This document shows, piece by piece, positions 53,573-64,000 of a stretch of 64,000 bases of DNA. The notes beneath the pieces are model-generated. The model had not been told where the DNA came from. It saw only the letters and a list, made by a program, of their open reading frames with translations, and did no database searches. Origin of the DNA: Octopus vulgaris (Eukaryota). The translations under genes and the position numbers were made by a program. Location: positions 36,084,001-36,148,000 of the forward strand of contig OX597826.1 of NCBI GenBank assembly GCA_951406725.2, given 5' to 3'. How positions within the stretch are numbered: the stretch's first letter is position 1; every line of letters starts with the position of its first letter.

Positions 53573-53751
53573 TAAGTTTAGAATTAATCCCTGTCTTTCC
53601 CTCTGAGTGTGTTCCCCATAAAAGGTGAGTTAATTATTGGGCTTCAAAGATTTATAAGAGGAATCCCATAATGACCAAGAAGTGTGTCTGAAATGCTTCC
53701 ATTTATGGGGAACACACAAAGATGGAAAGACAAGGATTCATTCTAAACTTA
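53573..53751. mobile_element. Small fold-back/MITE-like element with ~50-bp imperfect inverted arms
   Basis: TAAGTTTAGAAT.AATCC.TGTCTTTCC...GTGTTCCCCATAAA (53573-53622) is inverted at 53702-53751. Confidence 0.7.
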
Positions 53752-55680
53752 TGTTCAAGGAATAGCATTTTCCTGCAAATTTCCATGTTTTTATATTTGA
53801 GTTGCTTTATATTTAAGTCTTTTAGCAACAGTCTAAAAATATTGATATATCAGTTACTGGAAAGCAAATATTAACTTTTAGCTCCATTATAAATTCATAA
53901 CAAAATGAGGATACTTTTACAGTTCTTCCAATGCATATTTCTGCAGCAGGAAGCTGAATTCCATCATCTGGATTTCAGGTGATTTACTTATCTTTTATTT
54001 TAGAATGCTCATGTGTCTCTTTATTGCGAAAGAGATGAAAAATACATCCCATCGGCTACACTAAAGCTAAGAACCTTTCTTGCCTTCAGAACACATGAAA
54101 TAAAAGAAAGAAACATTGATAAATTTTGTTAGCTGTCATTCTCAATTTAGCAACTGTTGACAGTTAACAGGTTTTTCACAGCATAAAATGATCCTATATA
54201 AATCCTCTATACACTGTCCATTAGTTGCAATGTCAAATTTCACTAAAATCTTTCAAAGAAAGCTCTTCTCTGGTAACTAAAAGCAACAGATTTACCCTTT
54301 ATGCTGCAACCTATGAGCATATATATAAAATAAAAATGTTGTTTAATATTAGCACAAATATATGTTTAGAACAGAAGTGAAGTATTATTGTAATATTTTA
54401 GAAAATTTCTAAACAAAAGTGAATAAATACCTAGTGTTTACTGAATTTTTTCCCAGAAGAGTTAAGACTGCAGGAATTGATTAAATTTCCATTGGGTTTG
54501 CCCATTTTTGGTTACAATGGAGGCATATGGTGAATTATCAGGAAGTTTTGACAATTACTATAAGTAAAAAGATTCTCAAAGGTAGACTCGTATTTGGTGA
54601 ACAAATAAGTTACTGAGAGACCCTAAAAAATTCAGTAAATTTGAATTTGTAAAAGAAATTCCATTTATAATGATTAATGTTCAAATCCAAGTCCATCATA
54701 TGGAATTGGCCATTCAGAAAAACTGGCAGCTAAGGCAATATTAACAGAACTGGAACACAAACCTGACAGCAAAAATTACAGACATCAAAACACCATCAAT
54801 CTAATATCTTTGGAAGCATTTTTACAGAATTTAGCATCATGTGTGCAGTGTTGATACTCCTAAGAGATTTTATATATATATATATATATATATTACACAT
54901 GTGATTATAATCTGCATATAAGTACCAGCATGAATATACATATACACACACACATATATATAAATATATATATAAATGTGTATATGCATATATATGTGTG
55001 TGTGTGTGTATACATACACATATAGATATATACATACATACATATATGTATATATATACATACACACACACATATACATATATACACACATATACATACA
55101 ACTACACACACATATATGAACACACAGAAAGAGACATACACTGCAAGCCATTTACTCTGTAAACTTATTTTCTGTGCATCAGTAGTTACCAAATTCTTAA
55201 CTAGCAAATGGTCAATTATGAAAGCATCGATTCCTTTCTTAGTTGAAAACCTAAAAGAACAGACGGTTCTGGTGAATGTAATGGTTGGGAAGCAAACAGA
55301 ATTCAAATATTGGTAAACAGAATCCTATAGACACATAAACTCCGTGAAGAATATAAACTCACAATGTCAAATAGCCAAAATCACTAACTCATTACAAACA
55401 AGATGTGTATGTGTGTGTGTATGTGTGTGTATGTGTATTAAATATATCCCTATCAATAGAGAGATTTAGGTATAGATCTCTCCGCCCCTCTCTCTCTCTC
55501 ACTCTATATATATACACACAAATATATACATACATACATACAGACAGACATACATACATACATACAAATACATATATATATACATATACATATACATATA
55601 CACACATATACATTATTACACTTGCATATAGAAGCAAAAACACACATGCATGAGTGTGTGTGTGTATATATATATGGATA

Positions 55681-55737
<57 letters not shown>

Positions 55738-55953
55738 ACATGTATATATATATATATATGCATATAAGCACACACAAGCATACACATATTCATGCACATA
55801 TACACACACACACATGTATATGTATTTCATGAAGAGCACACAAACAAATGAGATTTTAAACAGTAACATATTTCTTCATTTTACATAGATTCAAGCAGAT
55901 TCAAAGAGTTACACGTATGTGTGTGTCTGTGTATGTATATGCATGTATATATG

Positions 55954-56027
<74 letters not shown>

Positions 56028-56087
56028 TATATATATATTTATATATTTATATTTATTTATACATATACACACACATATATATGTATA

Positions 56088-56715
56088 TTGGGTCATCCCA
56101 TACATAATGCGTTTTTTTGCAATTGCATGAACTAAATGTTGGAGGGGGATGGGATAAATCACCTGCATCAACTTGCTATTAAAGCAGGTAGTAATTTTAC
56201 CTTATCCTTATTCTTAGTGCAAGTTTTGAAGAGTGCAGATTTTAACAGTTATTTTTTCAAAGCTATAATGGAAGTGGTGAAGGAGCATAGTCAGCATATT
56301 TTGCTCTTATGAGTTCAATAAAGGCAAAAATGCAATGGAAAGTGCGAGGAAATTAATTTATGTTATGGGGATTGGACACTAAGCGTAAGCCAGAGTCAAC
56401 GGTGGTTCCAGAAATTCCAAGCCAGAAACTACAGTCTAGAAGACAAGCCTCATCCTAGATGATCTGTAGAGCTCAACGAGGATGTTTTGCAAAACCTGGT
56501 GGAACAAAATCCCATTGTAACTGTTGAGGAACTAGCTGAGAAGCTTGGATTTGGTCATTCAACCATTCATCGACACCTGTGTGCCATCAGAAGTCAACAA
56601 ATTGGGTCAGTGCGATCCTCACAAATTTCCAAGTCTAATCACATACAGAGAGTGAATGAGTGCTCTTCTATGTTGTCACGTCTCACAAATGAACCTCTCT
56701 TTGGACCAAATAGTG
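56088..56715 (+). mobile_element. Mariner 5' fragment (Hsmar1/Mos1-like HTH region)
   Basis: TA + TIR TTGGGTCATCCCA; ATG at 56268; YEFNKGKNA.ESAR / QRWFQKF...SLED / VEQNP..TVEELAEKLG..HSTIHRHL. Confidence 0.9.
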
Positions 56716-56746
56716 AATTAATAGTTCCTGATAGTTCACCATTTTT

Positions 56747-57225
56747 ATACAATAATAACTGTATACTATATCATGATAATAATATATATACTTCAGTTAA
56801 AGCAACATTTATCTAAACAGTTGACTGGTAAACGATGAGCTAACTTACATCTAGAATCGAACCCACAGATCAATGCTAACATGAATTATTGTACATTGGA
56901 TTTATTATATAGTTATTATTGTAAAAAAATGACTTTTGTAGTCACTTTTCCTCTGTAACTTATCTAGTCTACAGGTCTATTTACAAATATTATATGCAGT
57001 TCTAGACAGTGAAGTATCTACACATTGATTTGGCTGAAAATTTATGGGTGAGTGTTCTGGTACAATCGGATGCACAAAGAGCCGTGTTAGCATTGATTTG
57101 TGGGTTTGATTCTAGCTGGTAGTTAGCTAATTATTTTTCAGTCAGTTATTTAGATAAATGTTGCTTTAATCGGAGTATATATGTTATTATTATTATGATA
57201 TATCATTATATTGTCATTATTGTGT
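56747..57225. mobile_element. Fold-back element with ~140-bp diverged inverted arms
   Basis: TTAAAGCAACATTTATCTAAA and CCCACAGATCAATGCTAACA (56747-56883) are inverted at 57083-57225. Confidence 0.75.
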
Positions 57226-57226
57226 G

Positions 57227-57259
<33 letters not shown>

Positions 57260-57269
57260 CATCCTCAAA

Positions 57270-57570
57270 GTCATCATCATCATCATCATCATTTAACATC
57301 TGTTGCCCATGCTAGCATGGGTTGGACAGTTTGACTGGGCTGGCACGCTGGAAGTCTGCGCCAGGATCCAGTCTGATTTGACATGATTTTCTACATGCCC
57401 TTCCTAATGCCAATCACTCTGAGTGTGTAATGGGCGCTTTTACATACCCCCAACATGGGTGATACTTGCCTGACACCTATCTGCTGCGACTGTGATTTTG
57501 CTTAGCTTGATGGGTCTTCTTCTCAAGCATAACCTAATACCAAAGCTCCTGGTCATTGCCTCCATGAGCC
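57270..57570 (-). mobile_element. RTE 3'-UTR-derived element
   Basis: (CAT)n then CCATGCTAGCATGGGTTGGACAG...TGCCCTTCCTAATGCCAA. Confidence 0.8.
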
Positions 57571-57690
57571 CCCCCACACACACACACGTGTATATATATA
57601 TATTTAAAGCATATAATGTTTTGAATGGTACAGCATCAAAACTTTTTATTCTTTACAATCAATACACAATGCTTCAAGTGAACTACAATA

Positions 57691-57825
<135 letters not shown>

Positions 57826-57986
57826 GTGTGTGTGATTGTGTATAGAAGAATATATTAATAAAAGAATTCCAACCTTGTCTGATTTTCACGTTTTATTTAC
57901 AATCTTATAATGATATATTATAAGATAATATATTATAATTGAATAAAATAAAATGAAATAGTAGAATGTTAAATATTCATTCTGAT

Positions 57987-58031
57987 TGAACTAGTACTTT
58001 CATGCATTGAATTCTGCAATCTTCGGGTTCA
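57987..58031 (-). ncRNA. Minimal type-I hammerhead ribozyme motif (mirror copy)
   Basis: Exact reverse complement of 58111-58155. Confidence 0.75.
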
Positions 58032-58110
58032 TGTAGTAGTGTTGACAGTCATGCTTCACAATTTTTGACACAGTCAAAAATTGTGAAGCATGACTGTCAA
58101 CACTACTACA

Positions 58111-58155
58111 TGAACCCGAAGATTGCAGAATTCAATGCATGAAAGTACTAGTTCA
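58111..58155 (+). ncRNA. Minimal type-I hammerhead ribozyme motif
   Basis: UGAAC-CCGAAGA-U-UGCA(GAAUUCAA)UGCA-U-GAAA-GUAC-UA^GUUCA: stem I UGAAC/GUUCA, stem II UGCA/UGCA, palindromic stem III AGUACU, predicted cleavage after 58150. Confidence 0.75.
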
Positions 58156-58286
58156 ATCAGAATGAATATTTAACATTCTACTATTTCATTTTATTTTATT
58201 CAATTATAATATATTATCTTATAATATATCATTATAAGATTGTAAATAAAACGTGAAAATCAGACAAGGTTGGAATTCTTTTTATT

Positions 58287-58335
<49 letters not shown>

Positions 58336-58419
58336 GTATGTATACATATATATGTGTGTATGTGTGTGTATATATATATGTATGTGTGTTTGTATATGCA
58401 TATATATTACATTATACCT

Positions 58420-58795
58420 AGGCTGTGATCATGCTGGGACAGCCATTTGAAGAACTTTTAGTTGAAAGAATCGATTCCAGTATTTATTTTATTTTTAAGC
58501 TTGATACTTATTCTATCGAATTCTTTTGCTGAACTGCAAAGTTATGAAGCCCTAAACACAGCAGCACTTGTCAAGTGGTGTTGGTGGCGGTGGGGGGGGG
58601 AATACAGATGCACACACATACATATTTATAAACGATGGGCTTCTTTCAGTTTCCGTCAACCAAATCTTCTCATAAAGCTTTGGTTGGCCAGAGGCCATCG
58701 TATAATACCCTTTCTCAAGGTGTCTCACATGAGGACTGAAACCAGAGCCACGTGGTTAGGACACAAATTCCTTACCACACAGCCATACTTGCACC
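58420..58795 (-). mobile_element. SINE family B, diverged
   Basis: CATGCTGGGAC...GGGCTTCTTTCAGTTTCCGTC...GGACTGAA...CTTACCACACAGCCA. Confidence 0.8.
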
Positions 58796-59455
58796 TATAT
58801 ATATATATATATATATATGTTTGTGTTAGTGTGTGTGTTTATATGTATCACTTGCATCGGAAAGTGACACCAGAAATGACAATCTATAAATAGCAGATAC
58901 TTAATAATGTTTTTATGTACTTATAAAAGAAACCCTGTAGATTGAGTGCAAAAAAAATACTAAGTTTATTTTTCATCTTCACACATAACCATTTTATTAT
59001 CAATAACAATTTTTACAATGATAAAAAAGGACTCGTTTTATTACAGTAAATTTTACTTGAACATAAGATCTGGCACAGCATAAATTGCTCTTTGCAATTA
59101 CTGCCAAAATAAAGGGCATTTTGCTGAAGTACATAATGCAAAGTTTTTATCAAAATGCATCTACTTTATATTTATATTCACATCCATCTTATCCATTAGA
59201 AATTTCAAGTGAATTAATAGTTGTTTTTCCTGTGGGACTTGAGCATTCTGCCACTATCATCGTATCAGTTAATGGAAATGTTTTAAATGGTTTGGTGGGG
59301 TCATGCAGCTCTTTAGTCATAAATGTGTTAGTGTGTGTGTGTATATATAAATATACATATATATATATATATATACACACACAGAAAACAAGACATAAAT
59401 ATACATGCATACATATATATATAAATATAAATATATATATATGTATATATGTATG

Positions 59456-59508
<53 letters not shown>

Positions 59509-59906
59509 GTATGCACATAAAGATAGATGGTGAGAGAGAGAGAGAGGGAGAAATGACATACGTATGCTTATGACCCTATAAATTGCATTAGCACTCTTTG
59601 AATTTTTCTTAAATCTCAACTTAATAAACTCTTTATTTCTAGTGATTGTTATTATTATTATTATTTTTATTATTCAGTTCACTTCACAACAAGACTTAAT
59701 TTTCCAATAATGGATCTTCACTCATTGTCTATTTTTGCCTTTCCAGCATTTATTCTTAATATTTATTTTCTTTTATATTTTAGGCTTGCTATTCTGCTGG
59801 TCACTGATATCAAAGGAAAGAATGGTAAAACAGATTCTTCAAGCTGGCAAGAGATTTAGGAGCAGACCAAGAACGTATTGGTTGGATTGTATCCATAATC
59901 TCCATT

Positions 59907-60115
59907 AGCATGCCGGGCGAAATGCGTAGCCATATTTCGTCTGACGTTACGTTCTTAGTTCAAATTCCGCCGAGGTCGACTTTGCCTTTCATCCTTTTGG
60001 GGTCAATTAAATAAGTACCAGTTACGCACTGGGGTCCATATAATCGACTTAATCCGTTTGTTTGTCCTTGTTTGTCCTTTCTGTGTTTAGCCCTTTGTGG
60101 GTAGTAAAGAAATAG
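59907..60115 (+). mobile_element. SINE family A, slightly 5'-truncated, young
   Basis: Perfect 18-bp TSD GTATCCATAATCTCCATT (59889-59906 and 60116-60133). Confidence 0.93.
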
Positions 60116-60864
60116 GTATCCATAATCTCCATTGGTTATGCTTGAGAATCCAGTCAGATTATCTTATGATGGTTGCTTCTGATAGGACACTTTGAAAGAG
60201 GGGCCTGAGGAATCTATCTCATGTCCCTCTCAGGATTAGTGGGGCAGAAAATGGATGGATGGACTACTAATAGGTATCCAATGACAGCATCAACTCCAAT
60301 ATCTCCTTTGGCATAGTTTTAATGGCTTGATGCCAACTATTTTATAATATGGACCAGATGCTTTTTCTTTTTTTTTGAAGCACCTACACTATTATTGTCC
60401 TCTTGCAGTTAACAGGACTATGAGCCCTGGGGTAGGTGTGGAAGGGTGATGAGTTAACTTCATGCTAGGAGATGAGGGGATGGATGCAGAGTCATTTCCT
60501 GCAGAGAGGTCTGCTTGGCAACACGCATATACTCACCAGCAAGTGAGTATATATATATATATATATGTCACAGAATCTAGGAAACCTGCCTTATGACCCT
60601 ATTTTTTCAGGAGGACCTCCTCGAATAACACAAAATGCTGGGAACTAGAAAATATGCCGTCTAATTGTAACACTATAAAGAGATACTGGGACAATACCAA
60701 TATTCCAGACGTTACTGGTGTGGAAATTCTAATAATCTAATTATCATCATAAATTAATGAGCAGAAACTTCAAGTTCTTGCAGTCACCAGACTAGTTTAC
60801 TGGTTCTTTACCCAGATTAATATCTGTAATAATTTAAGATGATTTATCTTAATATCCTATATAT

Positions 60865-62205
60865 CATCGTTGTTGTCATTGTTTAACGACCACTTTCCAT
60901 GCTGGCATGGGTTGGATAGTTTGACTGAGGACTGGCAAACCTGGAGGCTGCATCAGGCTCCAATCTGATATGGCAAGGTTTCTATAGCTGGATACCCTTC
61001 CTAACGCCAACCACCCTGAGTGTAGTGTAGTGGGTGCTTTTTACATCTGGCAGCACTGGCATCGACCACATGCGAATGGAGCTTTTCATGTGCCACTAGC
61101 ACGGGCGCCAGTCTGCTGGCACTGGCATTGGTCATGCTGAAATGGTGCTTTTTGTGTTCCACTGGCACAGATGCCAGTCAGGCAGCATTGGCATCAGCCA
61201 TGCTTGAATGGTGCTTGCTTTTCATGTGCCACCAGCATGGGTACCAGTCAGGTAGCACTGACATTAGCCACAATTAAGATTTCACTTGGTTCAACAGGTC
61301 TTCACAAACATGGTGTATTGCTCGCGATCGAAGGGCGTTTTTAAATGGGCTAGTTATGCAACACTGGCATCAGCCATGGCTATGCTTTGCCTTGGCTTCT
61401 TGGGTTTTTCTCGAGCACAGCATATCTCCAAAGATCTTGGTTGCATGTCAGTGCTTTTGTGAGGCCTAACATTTGAAGGTCGTGCTTCACCACCTCATCC
61501 CATATCTTCCTGGGTCTACCTCTTCCACAGGTTCCCTCCACTGTTAGGGTGTGACACTTCTTCACACAGCTGACCACATCCATATGTAACACATGATCAT
61601 ACCAGTGCAGTCATCTCTCTTGCACACCACATCTGATGATTCTTATATCCAACTTTTCTCTGAGGTCGCTTACATTCTGTCTTGTATGCACACTGACATT
61701 ACATATTTAGTGGAGCATACTAGCTTCATTTCATTCAAGCCTATGCATGTCTCTTGCAGTCACAGCCCATGTTTCACTGCTGTGTAGCATGGCTGTTCAC
61801 ACACAGGCATCATATAGTCTACCTTTCACTCTGACCAAGAGGCCCTTTGTTACCACATGAGGTAGGAGCTCTCTGAACTTTGCCCAGGCTATTCTTATTC
61901 TGGCAGCTACTCTCTCAGGGAATCCACCTCTACTACTGTCTTGATCACCTAGGTAATGGAAGCTATTAACTACCTCTAGTTTTTCCCCCTAATTTCCCCT
62001 CTGTTCTCTGTATATCTTCAGTGTTTATTGCACCTGTGCATCTGCCACACACAAAAACTACCTTCCCAGTTAACCTTCTTTTGATATTGCTGCACCTCTT
62101 ATGCGTTCATAGCTTACACCAGGTACATCTTGTGGAGTTTCTAACTATGTCTTTCCTACAGATCGAGCAGGGCCATCTACCAGAAATGATTTGTGATTTG
62201 TCTGG
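60865..62205 (-). mobile_element. 5'-truncated RTE LINE (ORF remnant ~61380-62200 plus long 3' UTR)
   Basis: WPCSICRK...C.WCKL..HKRC...FVCGRC; LEVVNSFHYLG; ARIRIAWAKFRELLP; KGRLYDACV..AMLH.SETWA; GRGRPRKIWDEVVKHDL. Confidence 0.92.
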
Positions 62206-62304
62206 ACACAGAGAGAGAAAGACAGAGAGAAGAAGAGAGAGTATTAGAGATACTGACAAACAAACATGTATATAGAGATTTACATCCATGTACATATGTA
62301 TATC

Positions 62305-62495
62305 ATTATCATCATCAGTCACCATCCACTTTCCATGCTGGAATGGGTTGACAGGTTTGGCAAGAACTGACAAAGCCAGGAACAGCATCTGACTCCATTG
62401 CCTGTTCTGGCATGGTCTCTAGGATTGGGTGTCCTTCCTAAAGCCAACCACTTTACAGAGTGTGCACTGGGTGCTTTTCGCATGGCACCACCACA
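62305..62495 (-). mobile_element. RTE 3'-UTR-derived fragment
   Basis: CCACTTTCCATGCTGG.ATGGGTTGACAGG...CTTCCTAAAGCCAACCACTTTACAGAG. Confidence 0.75.
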
Positions 62496-63574
62496 CATTT
62501 ATGTATGTGTATGAATGTGTGTGTTTATATTTGTGCATATTTAGGTAGATATGGATATATAATAGGGAAGATAGAAAAAAAACATTGTACCCTTACCTAT
62601 AGGAATTGAACTCTGCCTGTTGTATAGGAAATAGCTACACTAACCACTACACCAAGGTCACACAGCACCTTTGGCCATCTAAATTAGATGTCATAACCCA
62701 ACCAACTGTGAACACATCTAGCAGTGGCCTGTCAATGAGGAATGTAGTTTACACAATATGTTTGTATTGTGTGTGCGTATGTGTGTGAACATTCATACAT
62801 ACATACGTACATACATACATACATACATACATGTATATATATATGTATATATAGATGTATGTATGTATACATATATATATATATATATATACGTACATAG
62901 ACATGTGTGTGTGAATTGTGTACATATACATACACACACACACACACACATATAAATCAGTTACACACATGTGCACACATACTACTGTACAACAGTCTTC
63001 ATCAAATATATATAAACACACACATCTACTGACACACAGATGCATACACACACATCTACTGACATGCACACACACACATGCACACACATACACGTCAACA
63101 AATATATCTACATGCAGATATAATGAAAGACAATCCCAAATGGTTTGCATTTAGGAGAAGAGCAAGTGTTGTCAGTGCGATACAGATGAGGAATCACATC
63201 CTCAATGAAGTATAGAAGAAATATAATTGATTCACAGCTGATAGATAGATGCAATAAGCATCTCTTGGAGTATGCAAGATGACTCTGCTAGTCGCTTCAG
63301 TGGACATGTTCCATGATCTCGTGGGAAGGCAAGCGTGAAAACACAGATATCTAATTTTCAGTTGGACATATGATATTTTATCGTGTAACATCTGCGAGGA
63401 AAATATAAATATGCATTTTGACAATTAATTGAAACCTGATATTGAATAAATTCTTGCATCAACTGAGACATATGTTATACGCAAACATATATAATGGCAC
63501 ACATACAGTGATGCAGAACACCATGTGTATACGTATACATACATAATATAAATATATATATATGCTTATATGTA

Positions 63575-63620
<46 letters not shown>

Positions 63621-64000
63621 TATGTTTATATGTATACATGTGTACATATATATATGTATATATGTGTATGTATATGTATATATTTCTATGTGCGTGTATG
63701 TGTGTGTATTTGTATACATATATATATGCACACACAAATACATAAATATATATACATATATATATTTATATACATATATATGTATACTTATATATGTGTG
63801 TGTGTGTGTGTGTATGTACTTACAAACACAAATGTATTTGTATATATGCACACGAAAACACGTAAGTATATATATATATATATATAGTCACACATACAAA
63901 CACATGACTACACATGCATATATGCCAGACACACAAACATGCATATATACATATATATATATATATGCAAGCAGACATATATGCACGCAACCACATAAAT

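Larger units (their letters stand above)
57850..58293. mobile_element. Near-perfect 444-bp palindrome, Penelope-type inverted terminus, in (TA)n
   Basis: Arms of ~220 bp around a 3-nt loop ACA (58070-58072); only difference seen is one A/T-run indel near the outer end. Confidence 0.9.

Noticed and set aside
59760-59830. Candidate host exon (pyrimidine tract + AG ... GT); similar splice-like sites near 15143, 21046 and 47598
   Set aside because: No recognisable peptide or consistent frame; the 15143 candidate has stops in all three frames. Small exons cannot be excluded without RNA-seq.
60527-60552. 10-bp hairpin ATATACTCAC/GTGAGTATAT
   Set aside because: Short and partly (TA)n-derived; no supporting context.

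Overview
Eukaryotic, very AT-rich, repeat-saturated non-coding DNA (intergenic or a large intron). The microsatellite load and SINE families resemble an octopus/cephalopod genome; this is inference from recognition, not a database search. I find no supportable host gene, tRNA/rRNA gene or CRISPR array, and nearly all track ORFs are microsatellite read-through. Real content: one near-full-length and four fragmentary mariner transposons; RTE, R4/Dong-like and Penelope-like retroelement remnants; three tRNA-derived SINE families; several MITEs (two Merlin-like, one carrying TTAGGG repeats; one piggyBac-like); and a probable solo LTR. Most interesting: (1) minimal type-I hammerhead ribozyme motifs in Penelope-type termini inside (TA)n, including a near-perfect 444-bp palindrome with one ribozyme on each strand; (2) a mosaic at 4953-5023 made of two adjacent exact 34-bp matches to sites 2.3 kb upstream (direct) and 10.7 kb downstream (inverted); (3) a seven-unit tandem array of an RTE 3' UTR joined by a GAA microhomology. 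Coordinates were read by eye and boundaries of decayed elements are approximate.
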